IMG/VR virus record: IMGVR_UViG_3300028895_000917
Span: 1 to 60,252 of that record
Source of the DNA: a virus
Lineage: Duplodnaviria > Caudoviricetes
Length of the DNA stretch: 60,252 bases
Strand: one strand, 5' to 3'
A program made the translations under genes and the position numbers. Below are positions 1 to 9,325 of the stretch, one piece after another (position 1 is the stretch's first letter; the number at the start of each line of letters is the position of its first letter). Below the pieces are notes generated by a model, which was given only the letters and a program-made list of their open reading frames with translations, was not told the origin of the DNA and made no database searches.

Positions 1-74
1 AAAGAGATGGGGGACCCGGAGTTCGCATCATCCATCGAAGGGTGGACGTACAAAGACAACGAGGACAAACACTG

Positions 75-542
75 ATGACCGAACCCGACCAGGTGAAGAT
101 CCGGGTGATGTTGGACATCCCTGCGAGTGGCGTTCGCAGTGAAGGGTTGTGGGCGATCCCCACGGACAAGCCCGACCACTACGAGGTCAACAACATCCCG
201 TACCATGCCTACGGCATCAACGCGCATGACATCGTGCGGTGTACGGCACCACCTGAGCGTCGGGTTCTTGAAGTCGTTAAACCGAGCGGCCACCGAACAA
301 TCCGCATCGCGTTCCAACGGGGAACAGAGATGGAGGTGATGAATGCCGTGGTGAAATCCCTCGTGCAGAAAGGCGGCCACCCAGATCTCGGTTTCCCTGG
401 GTTCCTGTCGCTCGACGTGGCGCCCGACAAGGACTACGACCAGATTTTCACGTACCTGGAGGATCTCAATGACCAAGGTCTACTCGAGTTCGAGAGTGCG
501 GAGCAGCAAGTCGAAGGCAGCTTCTCACCCAAGAAGGAGTAG
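75..542 (+). CDS. DUF4265-like protein
   Basis: E-x-LWA...YEVNNIPYHAYGINAHDIVRC and SGHRTIRI resemble DUF4265; ATG at 75 follows GAGGA. Confidence 0.65.
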   Translation: MTEPDQVKIRVMLDIPASGVRSEGLWAIPTDKPDHYEVNNIPYHAYGINAHDIVRCTAPPERRVLEVVKPSGHRTIRIAFQRGTEMEVMNAVVKSLVQKGGHPDLGFPGFLSLDVAPDKDYDQIFTYLEDLNDQGLLEFESAEQQVEGSFSPKKE

Positions 543-551
543 AATGGGGGC

Positions 552-701
552 ATGGCCGATGAACCCGTAGAGGTGGAGGTCCTGATTCCCGTCAAAGCCC
601 TAGCGCTCGTGTTCGCTGTTTTGACGGCACTCATGATCCTGCTCGTCGGCCTCGCGGCCGTTCTCGTGCAACAGGGCGTGCCTCCGAAGGAGCCGGAATA
701 G
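552..701 (+). CDS. small single-TM membrane protein (49 aa)
   Basis: Hand translation MADEPVEVEVLIPVKALALVFAVLTALMILLVGLAAVLVQQGVPPKEPE; fills the gap between neighbouring genes. Confidence 0.55.
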   Translation: MADEPVEVEVLIPVKALALVFAVLTALMILLVGLAAVLVQQGVPPKEPE

Positions 702-711
702 GATCCACAAC

Positions 712-969
712 ATGTCTGAAGTCGAAGCTTTCTTTCATCCGGCCCTCTGGATCGTTCTTCTCGTTTTGGCGATCGGTGCCGTCCTTGTCGGGTTTGGCTC
801 CTCGATGGCCGACCATGTGTGGGGACCCGACCCAGCTCAGATGCGCCAAGAGTGTATGGATCGAGCACATGAGGACCGCACGACGTGTCAGCGTGGCATT
901 CTCAAGACCAAGCGTCAGCTCGAGACGTGCCAGGAGATCTACGAGAAGGACGTGGCCGCGTGCCCATGA
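712..969 (+). CDS. small membrane-anchored protein with Cys-containing helical tail
   Basis: N-terminal hydrophobic stretch; ATGA overlap with next gene. Confidence 0.6.
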   Translation: MSEVEAFFHPALWIVLLVLAIGAVLVGFGSSMADHVWGPDPAQMRQECMDRAHEDRTTCQRGILKTKRQLETCQEIYEKDVAACP

Positions 970-1274
970 GCTGGCAACTTCTCACTCAGGTTGCGGTGTT
1001 TTCCGTTGCTGTCGGAGTGGTGTCCCTGACGTTGACGCAAGCGGCGATCTTCGAGTGGCTGCGGGATTGGGTTGAGGACCGCAGTGAGTTTCTCGGCGAG
1101 CTCTTCAACTGTCCCTACTGCATGGCGCACTGGATCGCTTTGGCGGTCATGCTCATCTACCAACCAATGCTCATCGGCACAGGCCCAGCTTGGGCGAACT
1201 GGACCGTGTCTTGGTTCACTCTCGTTGGCTTAGGGTCTCTTGTGTCTGGACTGATCATGCGAGTGTTCAAGTAA
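966..1274 (+). CDS. DUF1360-like membrane protein
   Basis: Three hydrophobic segments and IFEWLRDW...FLGELFNCPYCMAHW motif. Confidence 0.6.
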   Translation: MSWQLLTQVAVFSVAVGVVSLTLTQAAIFEWLRDWVEDRSEFLGELFNCPYCMAHWIALAVMLIYQPMLIGTGPAWANWTVSWFTLVGLGSLVSGLIMRVFK

Positions 1275-1320
1275 TCTCAACCACCAACCCCATCGGCCAA
1301 GTCGGCCAAGGAGAAAGAAA

Positions 1321-2688
1321 ATGGCAAGTCGCTATTACATCATCACAGGCGGGACGATGGTTCACGTCGCCCCACACTTCTCACTCTGCGCTCCGGCCTA
1401 CGGAAAGGTCGGAAGACAGATCTACAAAGAGCTCTACGAAGCCTTCGGAAGAATGGGCCCCGAGGACGACACCTGGGTTCACCTCGTCCCGACCAAGATG
1501 GCGCAGGACGAAAGCCGTAAGGATTCGGATGTTCAACGCATCCTCAAGGAAGCGGGGCTCAACTATCTCGAAACGAACGAGGACCTCGAGAAACTGCTCG
1601 ACTACCTCGTCCTTCAACCGGACACCAAGGGCATCGTACTCGCGTGTGCTGTCTGTGACTGGCAGCCCCAGGCGTACGCCTACTGGGACGATGCAGTTCC
1701 GGATTGGAACGGCCCCATCGGGAAGAAGGCTCCGCGTCTCAAGACCTCCCGGGGGACCGTCAAGATGAGCCTGACGCCGGCCGACAAGCTCATCGGCAAG
1801 ATCCGCAAGACGCGGAAGGACATCTTCCTGGTCGGCTTTAAGGCAACCACGGGGATGTCGGAGCAGGAGCAGTACCTCACCGGGCTCGGGCTGCTCAAGG
1901 GAGCTTCGTGCAACCTCGTGCTCGCCAACGACGTGCACGAGCACCGCAACATGGTCATCACTCCCGAGGAGGCGAAGTACCACGTCACCAAGGACCGGAA
2001 GGAAGTCATCAAGGGTTTGTGCGAGATGATCGCTCTACGCTCGCAGCTTCATTTCACGCGCTCCGAGGTCGTCGAAGGCGATCCAATCCCGTGGGACAGC
2101 GACGAGATTCCGGCCAACCTGCGCAAGGTCGTGAACCACCTGATCGCTCGAGGAGCCTACAAGCCCTTCCAAGGCAAGACGGTCGGGCACTTCGCCACGC
2201 GCGGCCCTCGAAAGGGGATTATCTACACGAGCCGTCGCAAGACGGACTTCAACAGGCTCCCCGAGGAGGGGCTTCTTCGCATCGACGCGATCGGTGAAGA
2301 CCGGGTCATCGCCCACGGAGCCAAGCCGAGCGTCGGTGGTCAGAGCCAGCGCATCATCTTCGATCAGCACCCCGACGTGGACTGCATCGTTCACGCCCAC
2401 GTACCTCTCCGAGCGGGTCAAGAAGCCGTTCCTGTCCGGGAGCAGCGACCCTACGAGTGTGGTTCGCACGAATGTGGGCGCAACACCTCCGAGGGGCTCC
2501 AGATGGTCCTACGTTCGGCCGACAAGAAGAGCCCGGACGGCATCAAGGCCGTGATGCTCGACCAGCACGGTCCCAACATCTGCTTCTCGAAAACGATGGA
2601 CCCCGATGTCGTGATCGAGTTCATCGAGCGCCACTGGGATCTCGAAGGCAAGACCGGAGGCCCGGTCAGTTTGGAGGACGCACGATGA
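1321..2688 (+). CDS. CoaB/DFP-like ligase domain fused to class II aldolase/adducin-like domain
   Basis: ITGGT, ACAVCDW, LVGFKA, LVLANDV (CoaB-like); KPS..., IVHAH, HG (class II aldolase metal ligands); RBS AAGGAG. Confidence 0.7.
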   Translation: MASRYYIITGGTMVHVAPHFSLCAPAYGKVGRQIYKELYEAFGRMGPEDDTWVHLVPTKMAQDESRKDSDVQRILKEAGLNYLETNEDLEKLLDYLVLQPDTKGIVLACAVCDWQPQAYAYWDDAVPDWNGPIGKKAPRLKTSRGTVKMSLTPADKLIGKIRKTRKDIFLVGFKATTGMSEQEQYLTGLGLLKGASCNLVLANDVHEHRNMVITPEEAKYHVTKDRKEVIKGLCEMIALRSQLHFTRSEVVEGDPIPWDSDEIPANLRKVVNHLIARGAYKPFQGKTVGHFATRGPRKGIIYTSRRKTDFNRLPEEGLLRIDAIGEDRVIAHGAKPSVGGQSQRIIFDQHPDVDCIVHAHVPLRAGQEAVPVREQRPYECGSHECGRNTSEGLQMVLRSADKKSPDGIKAVMLDQHGPNICFSKTMDPDVVIEFIERHWDLEGKTGGPVSLEDAR

Positions 2689-3041
2689 GCAACAAGAAAG
2701 GACACCTCCCTTGGGCTGCGCTCGGCAAGCCATTCATCGAGATGAGTCCCGCCGAGTGTGAGATGGCTTTGGAGGACATCGGAGACGATCTCAACCAGAA
2801 CATCCTGGCCCAAGCCCGCGACGGTAGGGGAGTGGGATCTACTCTCGTGTGTGCCGTTCTCACTCAAAACTCGGGAGAGCGGAAGGTGGTCTATGACGGG
2901 GTCGACTACGGTGACGGTGACGGTCGGGAAGGCGTGGAGGCTTTCGTAGACCAGGTCAAAAGACGTGGTCTGCTTCGTGAAGGTGAGAGCCTTGAGATCC
3001 ACGAGACGGAGATCACCACCGTCCTACTGGGTCTCGGGTAA
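2685..3041 (+). CDS. hypothetical protein
   Basis: ATGA overlap, RBS GGAGG. Confidence 0.6.
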   Translation: MSNKKGHLPWAALGKPFIEMSPAECEMALEDIGDDLNQNILAQARDGRGVGSTLVCAVLTQNSGERKVVYDGVDYGDGDGREGVEAFVDQVKRRGLLREGESLEIHETEITTVLLGLG

Positions 3042-3120
3042 CCCATGCTGAACCAATGGAAAGAGGGGCACTGAGCTCCGCTGGAATAGCTTCGCTCTGG
3101 CTCCGGTTGACGTGAGAAAC

Positions 3121-3450
3121 ATGCTCCGACGTTTCGTCAAGAATGGCACCCACCTTGTTGCTGTAGACCGCGTCGATTGGGCGGACTACTCGCGCATCGA
3201 GGAGCTCGTTTTGATCGTCGGGTTCGAAGATCAGGTCATCCAGATTGAAGGCATCGACGCGCTCGAGTCAGCGATGGCTCTGCGCCCTTCAGCACTGGAG
3301 GGCAAGAAGCTGCGGTGGGCCAAGAACAAGTGGCTGGTGCACAACGTGGTCGGGCACCCGTTGATGCAGCTTTTTGCGTTGTTTGGGTGGTACAACGAAG
3401 CGTTTTGGGTGCATGACCGGACGGTGCCCATGCCCGAGGGTCCCAAGTAG
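3121..3450 (+). CDS. hypothetical protein
   Basis: ORF with genome-typical codon usage; HNVVGHP motif. Confidence 0.6.
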   Translation: MLRRFVKNGTHLVAVDRVDWADYSRIEELVLIVGFEDQVIQIEGIDALESAMALRPSALEGKKLRWAKNKWLVHNVVGHPLMQLFALFGWYNEAFWVHDRTVPMPEGPK

Positions 3451-3472
3451 CTTTCCACGAAGAGGATCGCAG

Positions 3473-3503
3473 TAGATCGCCTATAGCCCTCCCCTTTCAC
3501 AGG
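3473..3503 (+). promoter_or_regulatory. CTAT-class putative late promoter
   Basis: TAGA-tcgc-CTAT-N15-CAG; member of recurring motif family. Confidence 0.55.
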
Positions 3504-3514
3504 AGGACTCCCAC

Positions 3515-3712
3515 ATGGCAACTCGATCCACAACGTCCCAGTTTCAGCCCATCCCGCCCAACTATTCGACGGCGGCGGGCACGTACCGCAACATCGGCCG
3601 TTACCGGGCCATCAACTCGGCGACCCAGGGGCCGGCTCGTGCCAACATGAGCACCGCGCCCACCACGGCGAACAACACGCAGTATTTCTATGTGCCGCGT
3701 CTGAACGGTTAG
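3515..3712 (+). CDS. small Asn/Thr/Ala-rich protein, possible virion component
   Basis: RBS AGGAGG; 65 aa without Asp/Glu; own promoter motif and terminator. Confidence 0.65.
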   Translation: MATRSTTSQFQPIPPNYSTAAGTYRNIGRYRAINSATQGPARANMSTAPTTANNTQYFYVPRLNG

Positions 3713-3738
3713 GGGTTCAAAACCCTCCGTTTTTGGAG

Positions 3739-3775
3739 AGTCCCTCGTGCGTATAGTAAGCACGAGGGACTTTTT
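3739..3775 (+). terminator. intrinsic terminator
   Basis: 12-bp stem AGTCCCTCGTGC/GCACGAGGGACT followed by T run. Confidence 0.7.
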
Positions 3776-4387
3776 GTGTCCGTAGCCTCCCCAAAAACCT
3801 CCTCATCCGGGTTTCTAAGGGACTTTCACTTCTCTACGATGGCGAATGTCGCCCTCGACGAGCTCTTCGGTGAAGTGAAGCCTCCTTTGTGGATGAAATT
3901 CACGGTCGGGCATCATCTCGATCCGACGCACCATAACTTCATCTTCACGATCGACGCGACCTTTGACCCCTCCCTTGTCACGAAGGTCGAGGGTGTCGGT
4001 TTTCGGAACGTGCCTCGCAAACGGAAGCAATTTCAGTTTCGGTTCGACCTTGCACAGACCATTGTGCAGGAGATGCGGGACGAAGTTCCGAAGCTCTTCG
4101 TCAAGTGGGTGAAGAAGACGCTGTTCGAGAACGCCTACCGGATGTACGAGTTTGACCCGAGGATGGGCTGGAAATGGGAAGGCGACGCCTACCTTCCAGA
4201 GTGTCCTTTGTTCGATCCGCCTGAACATTTCTCAAGGACCGGGTTGCTCACCGAAGACGAGGAGGGCGAGCTCTTCTTTCCAACATGTCCTTTTTGTGGA
4301 GAGGAGCACACCTTTCTGGACCCTCCTGTTTGGGCCGGGGCCAACATGATGTGGGTTCACGAGGCGTGTTGGAGGAAGCCAACGTGA
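3776..4387 (+). CDS. hypothetical protein with C-terminal Zn-ribbon-like motif
   Basis: CPFC...HEAC; start uncertain. Confidence 0.6.
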   Translation: MSVASPKTSSSGFLRDFHFSTMANVALDELFGEVKPPLWMKFTVGHHLDPTHHNFIFTIDATFDPSLVTKVEGVGFRNVPRKRKQFQFRFDLAQTIVQEMRDEVPKLFVKWVKKTLFENAYRMYEFDPRMGWKWEGDAYLPECPLFDPPEHFSRTGLLTEDEEGELFFPTCPFCGEEHTFLDPPVWAGANMMWVHEACWRKPT

Positions 4388-4872
4388 AAAGCTCCATCCT
4401 CGAACATGGGAGGGTAGAAACCTGGAAGGCTGAGAACCCAAGGGAGTGGTGGGCATACCAACAACTCGACGAGGACGACAAGCTGCGAGACAGGGTTCTC
4501 GCGGCGGTTCTCAACGGTCGCGAAGACGACGAAGCGATCGACGACCTGATTCGTTTCACGGAAGCGCTGGAAGCTCACCGCCGAGTATCCAAGATGGGTA
4601 CGGTGCGTCTACCTCCTGCGGTTGGAGAGCGTCGCTCGTTCTCCATCCTCATCAACAGGATGACGCGGATGACTGGTAGTTCTGGCCTCTTTTTTCGTGT
4701 GGATTTCTCGTCGCCTGATGGGTGGGGCGGGTTCTTCGACACGACCAATCCAAGCGTGGTGGAGAAGATCGCGAAGGTGCGCAACCACGCCAAACCCTTG
4801 AACGTGGTGGCTGAAGTCTCGAGGCGTGTGTACGAGTTCTTCGTCGAACTAACCCACGTCAAGATCATGTGA
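4384..4872 (+). CDS. hypothetical protein
   Basis: GTGA overlap, RBS GGAGG. Confidence 0.6.
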   Translation: MKSSILEHGRVETWKAENPREWWAYQQLDEDDKLRDRVLAAVLNGREDDEAIDDLIRFTEALEAHRRVSKMGTVRLPPAVGERRSFSILINRMTRMTGSSGLFFRVDFSSPDGWGGFFDTTNPSVVEKIAKVRNHAKPLNVVAEVSRRVYEFFVELTHVKIM

Positions 4873-4879
4873 GGAATCT

Positions 4880-5713
4880 ATGCCGAAGGCCAAACCCTAC
4901 TCGGGACCCGTAGAAGAAAGCGTCGCACGACAGCTCCTGAACAGCACTGGTCATGCCGTGGACATCAACGGAGAGTCCCTGCTACTTGGTGACGCCCTGC
5001 TGGCTGCTGCCAAACAACTCGCCGAGCTCGTATCGGAGGCAAACACGCAGCTCGACAACAACGACTTCGCCAAGATCGTCGCCGACCACCTGGCGGCGGA
5101 TCTGAACCGACGAGGGAAAGCCGAGATTGCCGTTCATGACAATGGCAGCGTGCAACTTCACATCAACTACCAGGGCAACCCGCGCAACCAGAAGCAGAAG
5201 CAGAAGCGCAAGCGCAACATCCCGTTGATGGAGGAGCTCAAGGCTCGAGCGGAGAAGCTCGGGGTTGAGATCCCAGAGGAGTTTGGCATCAAGCGCTCCA
5301 AGATCTTCGCGTGGCTCAACGAATACGAAGCGGGCGGAGTTCCCAAGGAAGCCGCTTCGAAGCCCAAGAAGGCAGCACGCAAGAGGCTCGAGGTGGCTGA
5401 AGACCCTCCTGAAACTGACCTTGGTCCGATGTCGGCAGGTCCTGATGAGACCAAGGTGTCGGCACCTCTCGATGAGGCAAAACTTCCGAAAAAACGTGGT
5501 TTCGTGAAAACCTCTGAAGCCCTCTCCGGCCCAGTGTTTGTTGGCGCCGATGCCGTGGGGGAGCCGAAACCGGCCCCAGAGGCAGAGTCGAACAGGGCCA
5601 AAAAACCCGCTGAAGACGCTCCAAAAGCCAAGGGACGTTCGATGCGGCAGCTCGTGGAAGAGAGCAAAGAGGTGGACATCTCCAACCTCTTGGCCTCCGA
5701 GCCGCCCAAATAG
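4880..5713 (+). CDS. hypothetical protein, Lys/Pro/Glu-rich disordered C-terminal half
   Basis: Long ORF, RBS GAGGA. Confidence 0.65.
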   Translation: MPKAKPYSGPVEESVARQLLNSTGHAVDINGESLLLGDALLAAAKQLAELVSEANTQLDNNDFAKIVADHLAADLNRRGKAEIAVHDNGSVQLHINYQGNPRNQKQKQKRKRNIPLMEELKARAEKLGVEIPEEFGIKRSKIFAWLNEYEAGGVPKEAASKPKKAARKRLEVAEDPPETDLGPMSAGPDETKVSAPLDEAKLPKKRGFVKTSEALSGPVFVGADAVGEPKPAPEAESNRAKKPAEDAPKAKGRSMRQLVEESKEVDISNLLASEPPK

Positions 5714-5716
5714 CGC

Positions 5717-5748
5717 GAATCCTTCTATGGGCGTCTCAGGGGTAGATG
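5717..5748 (+). promoter_or_regulatory. CTAT-class putative late promoter, leaderless
   Basis: GAAT-cctt-CTAT-N14-TAG directly followed by ATG. Confidence 0.6.
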
Positions 5749-6198
5749 TCCTTCAATCACTGCAAGGTCTGCGCACAGTGCAAGCAGCACCCCTGCACGT
5801 GCATCGACAATTTCTGGATCCTGCCCGAATCAGGGCGAAACTTGCTCAAGGGTTGCGAGTGCGATCCTGAAAACCCGATCCGCTTGCAGGACTGTTTTGT
5901 CCTGCACGCGATCCAGCACTCGACGAAGGCTCGCAAGGATTTTTGCGATCTCTACCCCTCCTTGTTCCCCTGTGAAAAGGAGCGGTTCGACATTCTATTC
6001 GGGGACAACCCGCTACTGACGAACCTCGTCGTCTGCTCGATGAACTACGAGGACACGTTCCAGCGGCGGATGAACAACATCCCCGTCTACACCAGTGGGC
6101 TCAACGGTGCGAAACGACTGCCGGTTGGGCACGTCTCGCAGGTCGTGAATCTGCCCCCGCACCTTGCTCCCAAACAACAACCCCCAGGATGTAAGTGA
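5746..6198 (+). CDS. Cys-rich hypothetical protein
   Basis: CKVCAQCKQHPCTC N-terminus. Confidence 0.6.
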   Translation: MSFNHCKVCAQCKQHPCTCIDNFWILPESGRNLLKGCECDPENPIRLQDCFVLHAIQHSTKARKDFCDLYPSLFPCEKERFDILFGDNPLLTNLVVCSMNYEDTFQRRMNNIPVYTSGLNGAKRLPVGHVSQVVNLPPHLAPKQQPPGCK

Positions 6199-6491
6199 TG
6201 GCTGAAGAGAACCCTGCTCAGAGTGAACACGAGAAGAGTCACCTCGCGTCGAAGAAGTTCGTCGCTTTTCTCGTCACGGAAGTCGGTCTCTTCGCTTTGC
6301 TGGGGATCATGATCTTCCTCGGTGAGCTCGACACGCTCGGCGAGAACGTGGCGTTCATGGTCCTCGCAGTGACGGCTGGTTTCGTTGCGGTCGGCTACAT
6401 CCTCGGTCAGTCAAGTCTCGATCGGTACGTGCGTGTCGCGATGATCACGGCTGGTAGAGAAGTCCCCGAAGAGAAGAAAACGGAGGAGTAA
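6198..6491 (+). CDS. two-TM membrane protein, holin-like
   Basis: Two hydrophobic helices, charged tail; function inferred. Confidence 0.5.
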   Translation: MAEENPAQSEHEKSHLASKKFVAFLVTEVGLFALLGIMIFLGELDTLGENVAFMVLAVTAGFVAVGYILGQSSLDRYVRVAMITAGREVPEEKKTEE

Positions 6492-6495
6492 ACAG

Positions 6496-6873
6496 ATGTC
6501 GAAGTGGATCAAGAAACTAGCACTCGGTGCTGCGTTGGCTGGGATGCTCGGGACGACCGCGTGTAAGCGCGTGGTTATCCGTGACCCGGAGACGTACAAG
6601 AACGAGATCTACCTGTTGGAGATGACGATCCAGCAGGACACCGAGCTACTCAAGGCCCACATCGCGGATGGGTCGTGCTCCTGTGACGAGGACGGCAACT
6701 GGAACAACGAGGTCTGCGAGACCTCGGCCCTCAACGTCGTCGTGATGGAGGCTCGGCTCGAGTGGCACGTCGCGATGATGATGTTCCTCGGTGGCTTGTC
6801 CGAAGTAGACCCCGGCGTCGAGCCGGAGGTGTCGATGGACGATGTCGTGAACCTCTGCCCCGACAACGGGTAA
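6496..6873 (+). CDS. putative lipoprotein
   Basis: Basic N-terminus, hydrophobic core, TTAC lipobox-like Cys; RBS GGAG. Confidence 0.6.
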   Translation: MSKWIKKLALGAALAGMLGTTACKRVVIRDPETYKNEIYLLEMTIQQDTELLKAHIADGSCSCDEDGNWNNEVCETSALNVVVMEARLEWHVAMMMFLGGLSEVDPGVEPEVSMDDVVNLCPDNG

Positions 6874-6893
6874 CGTGAAAAGAGGATACGGGC

Positions 6894-7274
6894 ATGAGTT
6901 ACAAGAAGAAGATCTCTGGCCTCGCCTCGAAGGTAGGTGAGGAAGGCGTCGAGAAGCTCTCCAGTTTCCTGGACGACGAAGCCGCCAAGGCCGATGAGCC
7001 GTGGAAGCGCACGCTCCTGGACTTGCTCGCGGATGGTGCCCGTCGTCACGGCCCCGAGGGTTTCCAGATGGCCCAGGAAGCCGCTGAGCGGCTCTTGGAT
7101 GGTGACGACACCGACATCCGCAAAGTGACCAAGAATCTGCTGATTGCCAGCAACATGGTCGCTCAGCTTCAACGCGCCGAAGCTGAACGCAAAGAACGAG
7201 CTCGAAAGTGGCTCAAAGCGGTTGGCCAAACGCTCGGTACGATCCTCAAGGCGGTACTCGGGACAGTTCTCTAG
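6894..7274 (+). CDS. helical hypothetical protein with amphipathic C-terminus
   Basis: RBS GAGGA; ORF. Confidence 0.6.
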   Translation: MSYKKKISGLASKVGEEGVEKLSSFLDDEAAKADEPWKRTLLDLLADGARRHGPEGFQMAQEAAERLLDGDDTDIRKVTKNLLIASNMVAQLQRAEAERKERARKWLKAVGQTLGTILKAVLGTVL

Positions 7275-7301
7275 GCCGCCGGGAAACCCCGGATTTGCGC
7301 T

Positions 7302-7757
7302 GTGGGAAAACTCGTCCGCAAGAAGATGCGGGTTCTCAAGTACCTGCCCAAGAAGCTGTTCGGCTTCGTCGTTGACGACGCGGGGCAACAGGTGTTTTTC
7401 CACATACGCGCATTTAAGTGGGGCGAGTTTCCAACAACCCCACCACCAGTCATCGGCGAAGAAGTCGAGGTGGAGTACGACCCAGGCGGTTCGAGCAACG
7501 GCAAAGCGCCGAAGGCACGAACCGTCACACGCCTTCATGAGCCTCGAGCTTCTTTTGGCATCGTCGAGGATTTCAACGAGCAACGTGGGTACGGTTTCAT
7601 CAAGACCGAGGACGGCCGATCTCACTACCTCCATCGGACAGAGATGACCGACGGGCGACTACCGATGCCCGGGATGGAGGTCAACTTCTTTGAGGGGTTT
7701 CGACAAGGTAGGACTCGAGCTTGCTACGTGTCCTTGACGGGAGAGAAGAACGGATGA
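7302..7757 (+). CDS. tandem cold-shock-domain protein
   Basis: Two CSD signatures: KLFGFV...VFFH and RGYGFI...HYLH. Confidence 0.8.
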   Translation: MGKLVRKKMRVLKYLPKKLFGFVVDDAGQQVFFHIRAFKWGEFPTTPPPVIGEEVEVEYDPGGSSNGKAPKARTVTRLHEPRASFGIVEDFNEQRGYGFIKTEDGRSHYLHRTEMTDGRLPMPGMEVNFFEGFRQGRTRACYVSLTGEKNG

Positions 7758-8389
7758 ACGACCAGCGCAACCCCTTTGGCGGCAAGAACCCCCACGGCAT
7801 GTACGTGCCGATGACCGACGAGGAGATCGAAGTTCTCTACCGGCTCGCTGAGGCGGGTGAGTTCAAGATCCTCATCAAGGGTGAGGGGACCAACGGTCAG
7901 TCCGTCGAGTGGGGCTACGTCACCGGTTTCAAGGTTGGCAAGTACCACGGACCCGAGAACTACTTCGGTCAGTCGATCGTCACCATCGGCGACAAGCGCA
8001 TCACCTTCGTCTTCCGCATGAACTTCAATGCGCCCGCGCTGCCTCAGCCGAACTACTTCTTCGACATGGAAGTGTGGGCGATGGGGCACCTGTTCTTCTC
8101 GCAACGGTTCCCCACTGTAAACCCGATGGGCAAGCCCATTCAGGTGGTCGCCGGCATGTATCACGACTTCGCCCTGGACGTGGCCGTCGATCAGATCGAC
8201 CCCAAGATCGTCAAGGAGATCAAGCCGTCTGCTCTCGGCTTGACGACCCGACATGGGAACATGCACCTGGACACGCATCATCAGCGGCTGCTGGCCAAGA
8301 CCCAGGCTGGAGAGCGTGCAATTCGGGATTTGACGAACCATGAAGCCGTCAAGGCGACCAAGAAGATGAAGAAGGCCACGGGTCAATGA
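7754..8389 (+). CDS. hypothetical protein
   Basis: ATGA overlap; typical codon usage. Confidence 0.65.
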   Translation: MNDQRNPFGGKNPHGMYVPMTDEEIEVLYRLAEAGEFKILIKGEGTNGQSVEWGYVTGFKVGKYHGPENYFGQSIVTIGDKRITFVFRMNFNAPALPQPNYFFDMEVWAMGHLFFSQRFPTVNPMGKPIQVVAGMYHDFALDVAVDQIDPKIVKEIKPSALGLTTRHGNMHLDTHHQRLLAKTQAGERAIRDLTNHEAVKATKKMKKATGQ

Positions 8390-8419
8390 CTTGCCTATAG
8401 CCCTCTCGTTTGTAGGATG
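8387..8419 (+). promoter_or_regulatory. CTAT-class putative late promoter
   Basis: CTAT at 8395, TAG at 8413, ATG at 8417. Confidence 0.55.
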
Positions 8420-8584
8420 CGCACCCCCAAGGCCAAAAAGCCCAAGAGGATCGTGAGCGCAGGGCGTAAACCCTCCCGGATCGTGGTGCCTCCAATGAAC
8501 CCGAACCAGCCGTACAAGCTGCGCACGACAAAGCCGGCCCCGGGAGGAGTGGGATGTCTACGTTTGACTCTTCAGGGGCGCTGA
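8417..8584 (+). CDS. small basic Pro/Lys-rich protein (55 aa)
   Basis: Hand translation MRTPKAKKPKRIVSAGRKPSRIVVPP...; starts directly after promoter motif. Confidence 0.4.
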   Translation: MRTPKAKKPKRIVSAGRKPSRIVVPPMNPNQPYKLRTTKPAPGGVGCLRLTLQGR

Positions 8585-9312
8585 TCCTCAAGCGGCATTT
8601 CGTCCGTAAAGCGATGGAGCTCGAGGTCGAGCTCGACATCACACCTGAAGAGCTTGCGCAGCTCTGGGCCGCTCACCAGGAGCTCGGCATCTCAAAGTTC
8701 GAGATGGGTGGAGAGGCGGTGGCCTCCGATGCAGACATGGTCGTTGACGGGGTGTCGATGCCCACCGATTGGACGGAGCCGCCGACGGACTGGATGACGG
8801 CCAAGCAGGCAGCGGTCCGCAACGTGATGGCTTGCCTGGTCAATGATGCCCAGAGCCTCCCGCAGATCGGTCGGCGCGTGGACAGGATCGTTCGGCAGGT
8901 TGGCAAGGTGGACATCTACTTCGACGATGGCTCGTTCGTCTCGGCGACGGTGAGTGATCCACAGCCGAGCACGAATGACGAAGCTGAGGTCATCGAGCGC
9001 GTCTACGGGGTGCCGACCAAGGCCAAGTCCTGCGGGTGCAAGACAGCCGCCACCACAGTCGATATGGTCGCTGCTGTGAGGCGCGGAGAGTTGCTGGGGG
9101 CCATGGACGCCCGGAAGCGTGGAGCCTCTGACGTTCGCTTCTGGGGCTTCCAGGTGGATGGTCCGTTCGAGCTCTACCGGCTCGAGGATGTGCCCATGGA
9201 GATGGCACGTCCGCTCAACGATTTTCCGCGCTCTTCACGCTTCCGCAACGGGAAACAGGCGTGGCAGATGGCGAAAAAGCACGCTGGGCGCCCGTTCAAA
9301 CGGAAAAACTGA
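8554..9312 (+). CDS. hypothetical protein
   Basis: RBS GGAGGAG; long ORF. Confidence 0.65.
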   Translation: MSTFDSSGALILKRHFVRKAMELEVELDITPEELAQLWAAHQELGISKFEMGGEAVASDADMVVDGVSMPTDWTEPPTDWMTAKQAAVRNVMACLVNDAQSLPQIGRRVDRIVRQVGKVDIYFDDGSFVSATVSDPQPSTNDEAEVIERVYGVPTKAKSCGCKTAATTVDMVAAVRRGELLGAMDARKRGASDVRFWGFQVDGPFELYRLEDVPMEMARPLNDFPRSSRFRNGKQAWQMAKKHAGRPFKRKN

Positions 9313-9325
9313 GTCTCGTTCTCGG

